A stretch of DNA of 64,000 nt from Eledone cirrhosa (GCA_964016885.1 OZ024762.1:27466001-27530000), one strand, 5' to 3'. Counted from the first letter of the stretch, positions 26,432 through 41,568 are shown. The notes: generated by a model from the sequence alone, not told the origin. A program made the numbers and translations.

Positions 26432-26795
26432 CCTTCTTCTTCTTCTTCTTCTTCTTCTTCTTCTTCTTCTTCTTCTTCTTCTTGCATTTCTCCCCTCCTC
26501 CTCTTTCTTCTTCTTCTTTTCCTTCATTTCTTCTTGTTGTTCTACTTCTCTTTCTTCTTCTCCTCCTTCATCTCCTCTTCCTCCTTCTTCTTTTCTTCTT
26601 CTTCTTCTTCTTCTTCTTTCCCCTCTTCGCCCACTCATTCCTGAGAGGGTCGTGAGGGAAGAGTTCTCTGACCCTCCTTCCAGCAGTTCCTATCAGAAGC
26701 AACCGTCTCCAACTGATCCGGCTCCTGCATGATCTCCAAGCGTGACCAACCAAACTCATGGATGTTACCCAACCATTTTGCTCGGGGTCCATATG
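26432..26795 (-). mobile_element. 3' end of RTE-like LINE with expanded (GAA)n tail
   Basis: GPRAKWLGNI....LETVASDRNCWK then (GAA)n at 26432-26620. Confidence 0.6.
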
Positions 26796-27676
26796 ATAAA
26801 TAATTGATATCATAAAATATTAATATCATTTATTAGAAATATTAATATTTCTAATAAATGATATTAGAGCAAAGTATTATTTTACTGCGGTGCTGCATTT
26901 GTGACACCCTGTATATATGTATATGTGATTGTCTGAGCGTGTGCGTGCATATATGTGCGTGTGTATGTATTTATGTGTGTGCGTGTGTATGTGTGTATTT
27001 ATGTGTGTGTGTGTGTGTATGTTTATATTTGTGTTCGTGTGTGCGCGTGTATATATATATATATGTGTGTGTGTATTTATGTGTATGCGCGTGTATGTTT
27101 GTGTTTGTGTTCGTGTGTGTGCGTGTATATATATATATATATGTGTGTATGTGTGTGTATTTATGTGTGTGTGCGTGTATGTATGTGTTTGTGTGTGTCC
27201 GTGTGTATGTACGTGTGTGTGTATGTGTGCGTATGTGTGTGTGTAATAGCGTTCTGTTTGTGTAAAATATGATTTCTAGTATAGGCACATGGCCAGTAAT
27301 TTGGGGGGAGGGAAAAGTCCATTAAATCGACTCCAGTACATTACTGGTACTTTATTTTAGCGACCCCGTAAGGATGAAAGGTAAAGTTAACCTAGGCGGC
27401 ATATGAAAATCATGTTTTTGTTGTTCTTGTTTTCTTTTTCAAACTAGGTTCTTCTATTAATCTTTCGATGAAGGATTTTTTCCCCGAATTATAAGGGCCT
27501 ATAAAGAACGTCAAGTAAATACCTACATATTTGATTATCAATGTGCTGTTTAACTTTTACCATTCAATTCACATTCAGGTAGCCTTCAAATAAAACACTA
27601 TTTTCTAAACTTTACACAATGGTAAATTACAACACTCTATTTTCTCTCTCTCTCACACACACACACACTTTCCCCC

Positions 27677-27718
<42 letters not shown>

Positions 27719-27962
27719 CAATTGGCTGACTGAATACACCCGTGTCTTTTTTTTCCTCCCCAATTTTTCCCGTTCCTTTCTCTCTGCTATCACAAGCGTT
27801 AAATTAATATATTTATTCTATGGACTGTGCCGTTTGAGTTGTAATTTTTTCTATTACTTTTACATACATAAATATATATATATATGTATGTATGTATAGT
27901 ATATTGCCAAATATACTCTACAAACATTCATGTATACATCGCTATTTGAGGGCACCACTACT

Positions 27963-28020
<58 letters not shown>

Positions 28021-28048
28021 ATGCTTGTGTATGTACGTATTTCTTTGC

Positions 28049-28109
<61 letters not shown>

Positions 28110-28110
<1 letters not shown>

Positions 28111-29710
28111 ATAATAATAAATTTGAAGACTAAAATCCAAAGAGGGCTCGATAAGGATAAATATATATCAAATATATAAGAACCGTAGAGCAGAATCGCT
28201 GCTTTCACCATTAACGGGATCTTCTGAAATTAACAAAGTCAATCTGTAAACGCAGAACTGGATATTTCAAAAAACGTTGCACACATATTTATATATGCGT
28301 GGTTTTGTATACCTATGGTAAGGTGTTGCGTATGCTTGTGTATGTACGTATTTCTTTGCGTGTATGTATTTATTTATTTCTATTACTTCTGTATTGTATT
28401 TATTTACTTTGTTCTTAACTCTGTAGCGGAGATTCATTTGGTCTCCTAGTTAGAATTTTAGTCTACGACTTTTGCTATACCATTTACGTGGTTTTGTCTT
28501 TGCGTGCTATTGTTCTCCACCTGGGAGATCCTAGCTAGGGCTAGATCGTATAACGGAAATAAAAGACCATGTGACCTCTGCGCCGCTGAGGCCCTGGAAA
28601 TACTCTACGCCACAGACCACATCTTAAACAAAAAATCTGAGACAATTTCGGCTTGTAAACATAAATTGCACAAAACTTTCCTGTATTACAGCCCCACGTT
28701 ATACCCTAACGGATAGTACGATCTATACGTGGATATTTTACGTCTTGATGTGGGAGCTAAGTATATGTTTTGTTTATTCCTTTACTTATTTGCATAGGTA
28801 AGTATATACTACCCGTATGTTTTGTGAAGGTACGTATACCTTCTCGTACGTATATTTGATTGTTTTGGCGTATAATTTTATATATTCTGGTACATAGGGT
28901 TTGGCTATGTGAATACGGGAGTTTTGCGTCTGTGTGAGTATGCAGGTTCGTACGTATGGTGGGTGTGTGTATATGTGTACTTCTTGTTTTAGTTGACTTA
29001 CGTCTCCGAACATTCGTGTATTTATTTATAGGTATGTGTGTGCGCTTGTTATATACGTATTTATTTATCTATATACGTTTATATAATTATTTATTTATTT
29101 GTACCCAAGCATACACACATACACATATTTATATGTGCGTGGTTTTGTATACCTATGGTAAGGTTTTGCGTATGCTTGTGTATGTACGTATTTGTTTGCG
29201 TGTATGTATTTATTTATTTCTATTACTTCTGTATTGTATTTATTTACTTTGTTCTTAACTCTGCGGAGATTCGTTTGGTCTCCTAGTTAGAATTTTAGTC
29301 TACGACTTCTGCTATACCATTTACGTGGTTTTGTCTTTGCGTGCTATTCTTCTCCACGCTCCAGATATGACGTATTATCTTCGTTTTTTCGTTCATTGCC
29401 AGAGAACGTCTCTATGCACCACCTAAGAGAACATTAGTCTACGACCACTTTTATACCATAAACGTGGTTCTATCCTTGCACGTAATTGTTTTTCACCGCT
29501 CCTATTAATGACGTATTATTCGTTTTTTCCTGTTCTTAGCCAGCGAACGTTACCACGAACCAAAGTATCGTCTTCCTGTCTTCCTCCGGTTGCAACGTTT
29601 TTTGAAATATCCAGTTCTGCGTTTACAGATTGACTTTGTTAGTTTCAGAAGATCCCGTTAAGGGTGAAAGCAGCGATTCTTTGCTTAAACTTTAATCTGT
29701 TATTTTAATA
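28110..29710 (+). mobile_element. Rearranged PLE remnant: inverted pLTR pieces (28110-28280), 240-bp direct duplication (28281-28517 = 29121-29357), GIY-YIG C-terminus (28520-28716), 3'UTR and HHR (29641-29691)
   Basis: WEILARARSYNGNKRPCDLCAAEALEIL..ILNKKSETISACKH. AGTTT-CAGAAGA-TCCCGTTAAGGGT-GAAA-GCA..TGC-TT-AAACT. Family pieces recur at 44195-44290 and 44545-44650. Confidence 0.8.
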
Positions 29711-29983
29711 AATATATATATATATTTATTAAAATATATATATATATATATAGGAAAATAGTCAGGACCCCGAGGGCTGAGCACCGGTCGATTCGACAGC
29801 TAGATCCGAACTAAGCCACTAATACTCTAACTATTGAGTTCTCTGGTGCGTTTTGGTCCACCTGGTATCTACCACACCCTCTTTATTTTATATATATATA
29901 TATATATATAAGTTTATCCCGGGTTAAGTCGGGGGTAACCACAGTAAGTATGGTACTCAATACATGGCAGAGTATAAATATTT

Positions 29984-30097
29984 AATATAGAAATGGCTTC
30001 TACAGGACTAGAACTGTTTCATTCGGGAGAAATCATCAGGAAGCCCTGATGATTTCTCCAGAATAAAACAGTAATAGTCCTGCAGAAGCCATTTCTG

Positions 30098-30101
<4 letters not shown>
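29984..30101. ncRNA. 118-bp palindrome of two back-to-back HHRs (intact on - strand 29995-30045; mutated on +)
   Basis: Minus strand: GGCTTC-CTGATGA-TTTC-TCCC-GAAT-GAAA-CAG-TTCTAGTC-CTG-TA-GAAGCC. Confidence 0.85.
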
Positions 30102-30196
<95 letters not shown>

Positions 30197-30203
30197 CATA
30201 TAC

Positions 30204-30270
<67 letters not shown>

Positions 30271-30293
30271 CATATACATATATATATATATAC

Positions 30294-30347
<54 letters not shown>

Positions 30348-30743
30348 ATATACATACATAGACACACACACACACCCACACCCACACACACCCACACACA
30401 CACACGGGCATACATATATATATGTATGTGTGTGTGTATGTGTATATAATCGGAAGTTAACACCGAATTACGTAGCTGACGCATCCACTAGGTACTGAAA
30501 TAAAATAATGAACCAAGAAGCAGGCAAGGAACATAATTATGGTTGAGCTGCTGCGCTGCTGCGCTGCTGCGGTAGTGAAGATCTGTGAGATTCATTAAAG
30601 CTTTTCAAAATTGTTGATTTAATTGCGAGTAATTACAAATTGGTGGCGGATTTCTTTAGAAACAGGAATCGAAAATCAGAAAGCAATCATGTAGACTCGT
30701 TATCACTGTCTTTGTTCCTACGGCTATACAGCTATAGCTATGG

Positions 30744-30825
<82 letters not shown>

Positions 30826-31131
30826 ATATGTACGTATGTATTCATGTATGTATATATATATACATACATACAAATATATATATATATATATTTGTGCGTG
30901 TTAACACATATATATATTTATAAACATTTAGATATGCATTTATATATGTATATAAATAAACATATATGTATGTATGTGTATATATATAGACACCCTGTAT
31001 ATATATATATATATACACATACATACATATATGTTTATTTATATACATATATATATTCATATCTAAATGTTTATAAATATAGATATATACATGTAAACAC
31101 ATATATGCATATACATTTATATATATACATA

Positions 31132-31232
<101 letters not shown>

Positions 31233-31614
31233 TTATTTATATATAGATATGTATATATATATAAATGTATATGCATTCTCACATATATATGCACAAATAT
31301 ATGTGTATATGCTTGGACTTTTGACAAACCGGATTATTTCTTCTCACTTAAATGTATATGTGTATACATATGCATATGTATATATTTATATATATGTATG
31401 AGTGTGTGTGGGTGTCTATGTATTTATTTATATTTATATGTTTATGTATATATATATATATATACATATATACAAAACATACAAACATACATATAGATAC
31501 ATGTAAACTTACATACGTAATACATCCATACATACATATACACACATACATACATAAATACACACAGACATACATATATAGACACACATACATACATACA
31601 AACATATATACATA

Positions 31615-32582
31615 TGGTGTCTGCCAACTCGTTTTCGAGTACGGCCACTACTTTATATCTATGTAGGAGAATCCCTACCTATGGTTACAGGTGTTATATC
31701 AGGCTAAGGGGTCATCTCTCCCGGTGATTTTCGGTGGCCATTGACTCTTAAGAGCTCCTTTCCCCTTTGACAGGTTTTGTCTTTAGTCCTGCAGGATGTC
31801 CAAAGTCACCCTCCGCACCAAGAAACCTTGGTAGGGTTGCCAGTTTAGTCGCCAACGACCCGACCATGGGACAGGTTGTACTGGGATACATGTTACCAGT
31901 AGCACCAACTGGTTACCTGACATATATACATATATACATACATACATACCTACATACGTACCTACATACATACATACATACATACATACATACATACATA
32001 CATACATACATACATGGTGGCTGCCAACTCGTTTTCGAGTACGGCCACTACTTTATATCCATGTAGGAGAACGCCTACTGATGCGCTGAACGAGTGTGAC
32101 TTTTTAGTCCAGCCAGCGACTTGAAAACTCTGGTACAAACACTACACTTGTGACCACTATTGACACATAGTGCTGGGCCCATGGCACCATGTGATGACAA
32201 GTGCAAAGAGATCTCCAAATATAAAGCAATGCCCATACCGTGAAGCTTTTATAGTGAGCAAAGGCACTGCACAAAGCCAGTACCACTCTCTTAACCAAGA
32301 TGATATTTACCAAAAAGAAGGACAAGTCAACATCATTGGATACCATCAGAGTTGCAGGTGTTATATCAGAGTTTTCCTTCTCCTAGAATTCTGCCTTGAC
32401 AAAGGCTAAGTGGTCATCTCTCCCGGTGATTTTGGATGGCCATTGACTCTTAAGAGCTCCTTTCCCCTTTGACAGGTTTTGTTTTTAGTCCTGCAGGATG
32501 TCCAAAGTCACCTTCCTCACCAAGAAACCTTGGTGAGGTTGCCAGTTTAGTCGCCAACGACCCGACCATGAGACAGGTTGAA
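31615..32582 (-). mobile_element. Two tandem copies of the RTE-related non-autonomous retroposon embedded in (TACA)n
   Basis: Near-identical to each other and to 18987-19390; separated and flanked by (CATA)n. Confidence 0.7.
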
Positions 32583-32789
32583 CATACATACATACATACA
32601 TACATACATACATACATACATACATACATACATACATACATACATACATACATACATACATACATAATTTCTAAGTCTGTTCTAATAGACCATCGAACAT
32701 TCTTTTAATCAGATTGTTGCAGTGTCTTTGATTACATTCCCAAATTTTCACTGTTATTAGTTTCTATAACAATACTGGAAAAATACTTA

Positions 32790-33775
32790 AACATGCCTAA
32801 CCTTGCTTAACTCTGGAAAAAAAAAAATTTAAAAAATGTCCTCCATTTTGTATGGTTCTTTTATCTACCAGATTTTGTCACTTTTTGTATTTTGTTTAAG
32901 AAAGTGTGAACGAGTGAACGAATGAACGAGTGAACAAATGAATGAGTGAACGAGTGAACGAATGAATGAACGAGTGAACGAATGAACGAATGAATGAGTG
33001 GATGAGTGAACGAATGAACGAATGAATAAATCAAAGAGTGAACGAGTGAACGAAAGAATGAACGAGGGAATGAATGAACGAGTGAATGAATAAAGGAGTG
33101 AATGAGCGGATGAGTGACCGAGGGAATGAATGAACGAGTGTATGAATAAAACTAAAACGTTCCCAACCTTGCTTAACTCTGGAAGAAACTGATGTTAAAA
33201 ATGTCCTCCCTTTTCGTTTGATCTTTTTTCTACCAGATTTTGTCGCTTTTTGTATTTAGTTTAGGAAAGTGAGAGCGAGTGAACGAATGAACGAGTGAAC
33301 GAGTGACGAATGAACGAGTGAACGTGTGAACGAGTGACGAATGAACGAGTGAACGTGTGAACGAGTGACGAATGAACGAGTGAACGTGTGAACGAGTGGA
33401 TGAGTGGACGAGTGAACGAATGAACGAGTGAACGAGTGAACGAGTGACGAATGAACGAGTGGACGAGTGAACGAGTGGATGAGTGGACGAGTGAACGAAT
33501 GAATGAGTGAACGAGTGAACGAGTGGATGAGTGGACGAGTGAACGAGTGGATGAGTGAACGAGTGAACGAATGAATGAGTGAACGAGTGACGAATGAACG
33601 AGTGAACGAATGAACGAGTGACGAATGAACAAGTGAACGAATGAATGAGTGAACGAGGGAACGAGGTGATGAGTGAACGTGTGAACAAGGGAAGGAATGA
33701 ACGAGTGAACTAGTGAACAACTGAGTGAGTGAATGAGTGGATAAGTGAACGAATGATCGAATGAACGAATGAAAA
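32790..33775. repeat. GAACGAGT/GAAT-based degenerate satellite in two blocks, each preceded by the same ~110-bp header (32795-32905 and 33163-33272)
   Basis: Directly visible; AACCTTGCTTAACTCTGGAA...CTACCAGATTTTGTC occurs twice. Confidence 0.85.
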
Positions 33776-33846
33776 GAAAACTGGCTAATAATTAATATTT
33801 TTTATTAATGTGATGTGCAGTTAGGAATTTATTGTATATATATATA

Positions 33847-33944
<98 letters not shown>

Positions 33945-33950
33945 TGTATG

Positions 33951-34129
<179 letters not shown>

Positions 34130-34174
34130 AATATATATATATATATATGTATAATATATATATATATATAATAT

Positions 34175-34506
34175 ATTATTATTATGTAATAAACAACATA
34201 AGGCAATTATTCCATTTACCAGTGGTTTCTTAAAAGCAAAAGGTTTTGCTTTCAATCCTCAGAATGAAAAAATCCTGGTTTGTTTATTGAATTTGGATTT
34301 TAAAATCCAAATTCAATAAACAAACCAGGATTTTTTCATTTTTTCATTCTGAGGATTGAAAGCAAAACCTTTTGCTTTTAAGAAACCACTGGTAAATGGA
34401 ATAATTGCCTTATGTTGTTTATTACATAATAATAATAATTAAGCTCTGTTGCCTACATAGAGCACTCTTTTTTTCCTGGACTTTTCCGATGGAATTACTT
34501 CATTCA
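34175..34506. mobile_element. Near-perfect ~260-bp palindrome (34175-34438) of a PLE pseudo-LTR with canonical HHR on both strands
   Basis: Centre ATTTTAAAAT near 34300. CATT-CTGAGGA-TTGAAAGCAAAA-CC-TTTTGCTTTTAA-GAAA-CCACTGG-TA-AATG at 34345-34398 (+), mirrored at 34214-34266 (-). Confidence 0.9.
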
Positions 34507-34564
34507 CACATATATATAATATATATATATATATATGTATAATATATATATATATATATGTATA

Positions 34565-35465
<901 letters not shown>

Positions 35466-35543
35466 AGTGTCTGTGTGTGTGTCCCAAGGCTCTGATACCA
35501 TCAACACTATAAACACAGAGCTGGCATATCTAAAAACTGACTA

Positions 35544-35599
35544 ACTGCCTGGTGAGGTCATAGCCATTCAATGGCTATCATCGAAATATATATAGCAGT
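35544..35599 (+). ncRNA. HHR copy with mutated core (CTGGTGA), probably inactive
   Basis: Same stems as 6269-6324, with perfect ATAGCCATT/AATGGCTAT stem II. Confidence 0.65.
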
Positions 35600-35640
35600 A
35601 AATAAAGGATTATGAGTTCATGCAATTGACTTATCTTTCG

Positions 35641-35690
<50 letters not shown>

Positions 35691-35844
35691 TAAGATGTAT
35701 GGTAGGTCGTATGTGAATCGCGATGATCACGTCTGACTTACCAAATATGTGACGGTAGCTAGTTAAGCTCTATGCGTATACGCAGAGCAGAAATATGAGT
35801 GAAAAAGAACAAAGGAACTATTATGACATTATAACAAGTTTATT

Positions 35845-35890
35845 GCCGACCAGCCGTTTCGTCCGACCCCATGGTGGGACTTATCAAGGC
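35845..35890 (-). ncRNA. Type I HHR, U3-A8 core variant, in a (TA)n-flanked module 35688-35892
   Basis: GCC-TTGATAA-GTCC(CACCATGGGGTC)GGAC-GAAA-CGGCTGG-TC-GGC-AATAAA. Confidence 0.75.
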
Positions 35891-35897
35891 ATATAAC

Positions 35898-36028
<131 letters not shown>

Positions 36029-37080
36029 TAAAATAAAGTACCAGTAATGTACTGAGGTAAATTTAATCGACTTTTCCCTCCCCAAAAACCTACTAGCCTT
36101 GTGCCTATATAAAAAACCATTATTATTGGGATTGGCAATATTGGTAGAGGGTCGGACGCCATGCTTTACAGCATAGTTACGTCCCTTTACGGTCTGAGTT
36201 CAAATCCCGCCAAGGTAAACTTTGCCTTTCATCCTTACGGGGTCGATAAAATAAAGTACCAGTAACGTACTGATATAATTGCTGGCCTTATGCCAAAAGT
36301 AGAAACAATTATTATTATCTTTATTATTCTCATTGTTGCTGTTGCTGTTTCTATTTGATCTATTAATTTCTTCTCTTCAAGACTAATAACTTATTGATTT
36401 TCTTGGTAGAGATTTCTAGTAGAATCTGTGCTTGGCATCTCTCCTTTATTGTAATAGGTTCGTTATACAATAAAACTACAGCAAATATCACCATTTTCTT
36501 CCTAAGATTTCCTGGTTTTTTAACCTTTATGTTGTATTAGATTATATTATATTTCATTATATCATATTATATTATATTACGATTTGAGTTCAAATCCCGC
36601 CGAGGTTGACTTTGCCTTTCATCCTTACGGGGTTGATAAAATAAAGTACCAGTAATGTGCTGGGTAATTGCTGGCCTTGTGCCTAAAGTAGAAACAATTA
36701 TATTATATTATAGTGGATTGGCAGTATCGGTAGAGGGTCGTATGTCATGCTTTGACGCATAGAGTTACGGCCCTTTCCATTCTGAGTTCAAATCCCACCG
36801 AGGTCAACTTTGCCTTTCATCCTTACGGGGTCGATAAAATAAAGTACCAGTAATGGACTGGTTAATTGCTGGCCTTGTGCCAAAAGTAGAAACAATTATA
36901 TTACATTATATTCTATTATTTTATATTATATGTATATATATATATGTCTGTATATATATATATATATACATATATAAATATGTGTGTGTATCTATGAGTG
37001 TATATATATATATATATAACGGCGATGAATTAGTTTTGCGAGGTTTTTTATATGAAATCGTGTGTCGAAACAAATATTGT

Positions 37081-37340
37081 TATACTTGGGGAGGGTCATA
37101 TTTGTGTAATATTGCCAGAATTAATAACAGAACACACTCACTGTTTGGTTGGTTTTCGCTTCTCTGTCCTTTAAATCGGTTAATTTAATTTATTCGGTCC
37201 TCAATATTACCATTCACTGACCAACCGTCAAAAATACAGATACAATATAGACACAAACACATATATATAGTCTAACAAACAGTGAGTGTGTTCTGTTATT
37301 AATTCTGGCAATATTATTACACAAATATGACCCTCCCAAG

Positions 37341-37343
<3 letters not shown>
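37081..37343. repeat. Fold-back module (arms 37081-37147 / 37275-37343) sharing the ATGACCCTCCCAAGTATA terminus with the 19515-20040 family
   Basis: Visible inverted repeat; (TA)n flanks. Confidence 0.75.
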
Positions 37344-37417
<74 letters not shown>

Positions 37418-37419
<2 letters not shown>

Positions 37420-37593
37420 CGAAGGAAATGTGGTAAGGAACCAGGTGGACCATAACGCACCAAAGTACTCAATACTTGAGATAGTAGAGTGGATAATAGG
37501 AACCAGTAAGACCCCGACAGCTGAGCTCAAGCCGTTTCGACGGCTAATTCTGGTCGAAACGGCTTGAGCTCAGCTGTCGGGGTCTTACTGGTT

Positions 37594-37598
<5 letters not shown>
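37418..37598. mobile_element. pLTR module ending in a perfect ~100-bp hairpin (37496-37598) holding the 3' half of an HHR; diverged relative at 29752-29888
   Basis: GTC-GAAA-CGGCT-TGAGCTC-AGCTG-TC-GGGGTC on both arms. CCAGGTGGACCA.AACGCACCA shared with 29845-29870. Confidence 0.7.
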
Positions 37599-37642
<44 letters not shown>

Positions 37643-38490
37643 GCATATATATATTATATATGTGTGTGTGTGTATGTATAAATATATATTTATACATACA
37701 CATATACATTTATATCTACATGTATATATATATATGTGTGTGTGTGTGTATGGATATATATATATACAGGCATACACACACATATACATATATACGGACA
37801 TACACACATGCACACAAACGTACATACACACACATACATATATTACATACATGCATACATGCATACTTACATACACACATTCATACATACAAACATACAT
37901 ACATACAAACCACAATTCATCCCTCCATACATCCATCCATCCATCCATACATACATACACATTAACTTTCGTCTTAAATTTTATGTTTTAATTATGTCTT
38001 TGTTTCGTTTTGTTTAATTGTTTTGCGGCTGTCCATCCCTAAAACCGCAGCATATGGAACATTGTAGATTTTTATCACGCAAGAGACTTATAGTCTAACA
38101 AGAGTTATTGCCCTTCATTTAACTCTCCTCTTTTATGTTCCGCGAATCTTCACTCTGAGTTTCCCTTCAACACTCTCACCTGTTCTCTTTATCTCTATCA
38201 TTTTCTCCTTCTCTCTATCTATATGTCTCTCTCTCTCTCTTTCTCTTTGTCTCTTTCTCTTTCTCTCCCTCTCTCCATATCCCTCTCCTTCTCTTTCTCC
38301 CCCACCCACGCCTCTCTCTCCCTCTCTATCTTTCTCTCTCTGTTGCTCCTTCAAACCTTTATTCGTCTTGGTCATCGACTTTCTCTTCCGTTTTTCGATA
38401 AGTCAGTTACATAATTCGCCTATCTTTCTCTGCCTCACATACTCTCACTCTCTAACACACACCACACTCTTTACGTCACGATATATTTGT

Positions 38491-38526
<36 letters not shown>

Positions 38527-38536
38527 GTATATGCAG

Positions 38537-38567
<31 letters not shown>

Positions 38568-38677
38568 CTTATGTACATATATTTTAGAGATATACACATA
38601 CGTACATATATTTTATATATATACATACATTCACTTGCATATATATGTATGTGTGTATGTATGTTTGTATATATATG

Positions 38678-38750
<73 letters not shown>

Positions 38751-39342
38751 TGTGTGTGTGTGTGTGTGTCTGTGTGTGTGTGTGCGTGCGTGTGTGTGTG
38801 TGTGCGTGTGTGCATGGGTGGGAGGGTGTGTGTGTGTACGTACGTGTCAGTATGGGTGGGAGGGTGTGTGTGTGTGTGTGTGTACGTACGTGTCAGTATG
38901 TGTGTCTATATGTGTGCATGTCAGATGCTATTCCTACGCAGATTTCCGTGTCTTGCACTTTTGGTCAGTCGGAAAGTTATGGCGCAAAACAACAACGCTC
39001 AGATGAAATTTATCACAGCCTAATAACACGTCCTAGGCAACGCGTGGCTTTCACATAAATTACGATATTAGACAGCATAAAATTCATATTCACTGTCTCT
39101 ATTACGTGTATCTGTTCATAATTAGCTAGTCATACAATTAGATCTGATGGCAGTTCTTTTAAAAGCAGTATATACCTACACATATTTGTTTTCTTTATGC
39201 TTATGTGTATCTGCAAATATATATGTGATTAAAGATTATATACGTATGCGTATGTACGTTTATGTATATGTATATATGTATATGTATATATATACATATA
39301 TATATATATGTGTATATATATATATATATACATAAATATATA

Positions 39343-39432
<90 letters not shown>

Positions 39433-39763
39433 AAGATGTATATACCTATATGTATGTATATATATGTATATATATTGGTGTAAAGATGTATATACGTATA
39501 TATATATATATATCTATAGGCGTATCGATGTGTATATGTATATAAGTATCTTTTTATCAAAGTATCAAAGTGTGTATGCATGAATGTTTCTCTATATGAA
39601 TGTATGTACGTGTAAATATATACATATATATATATGTATACAGACATACATACATCCATGTATATACACGTATGCGTGTGTATACTTGCCAACACTAACA
39701 GCACGAGCTAAACAATGTAACGTTCTTATATATAAGATATATCAGATACATATATATATATAC

Positions 39764-39794
<31 letters not shown>

Positions 39795-39850
39795 AGGGTT
39801 ATATATATATATATATATATATATGTTTGTGTGTGTGTGAGCGTGTATAC

Positions 39851-39907
<57 letters not shown>

Positions 39908-39908
39908 C

Positions 39909-39939
<31 letters not shown>

Positions 39940-40002
39940 CATATATATATATACATATATATATATACATATATACATATATATATATATACATATATAT
40001 AC

Positions 40003-40106
<104 letters not shown>

Positions 40107-40144
40107 ATATACATATATATATATATACATATACATATATATAC

Positions 40145-40191
<47 letters not shown>

Positions 40192-40221
40192 CATGTATAT
40201 ATATATATATATATTTATATA

Positions 40222-40281
<60 letters not shown>

Positions 40282-40311
40282 CATATATATATAAACATAT
40301 ATATATAAACA

Positions 40312-40582
<271 letters not shown>

Positions 40583-40821
40583 CGTTATCAGACCTCTACA
40601 ATTCATAGAAGCTGTATAATGCTTTCAATTAAATTGGTTTTAGATGTCATAAAATCTCTCCAGAAAGTATAATAGATGACGTCACGAATTCTTCTTTTTC
40701 CCATTCTCTTATTCCTTCGAACATGTATTCTTTCATTCTCCTCTCATTCTTTATTTTCTAACTCTTACTATTTCGTTGTTTATTTCTCAGTTCAGCTAAT
40801 TATGTGCATATATATGCATAC

Positions 40822-40857
<36 letters not shown>

Positions 40858-40879
40858 GTATATATATATATATTTATAC

Positions 40880-40988
<109 letters not shown>

Positions 40989-41015
40989 TATATGTATGTA
41001 TATATATATATATAC

Positions 41016-41079
<64 letters not shown>

Positions 41080-41097
41080 GTATGTATATATATATAT

Positions 41098-41144
<47 letters not shown>

Positions 41145-41166
41145 TGTACATATATATATATATATG

Positions 41167-41270
<104 letters not shown>

Positions 41271-41376
41271 TATATACATATATATATATATGTACATATA
41301 TGTATATATATATGCATATTTGTATGTGTGTGTGAGTCTGTGTGCATACATACATATATATATATATATCATAGAC

Positions 41377-41434
<58 letters not shown>

Positions 41435-41469
41435 AGCATTTTGTATATATGTGTATGTATATATATATA

Positions 41470-41568
<99 letters not shown>

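Noticed and set aside
27455-27510. TCGATGA..GAAT HHR-like remnant
   Set aside because: Two core mismatches and no clear stems I/III.
32905-33775. Possible CRISPR or telomeric array
   Set aside because: Degenerate 4-8-bp satellite without unique spacers; not TTAGGG; eukaryotic context.
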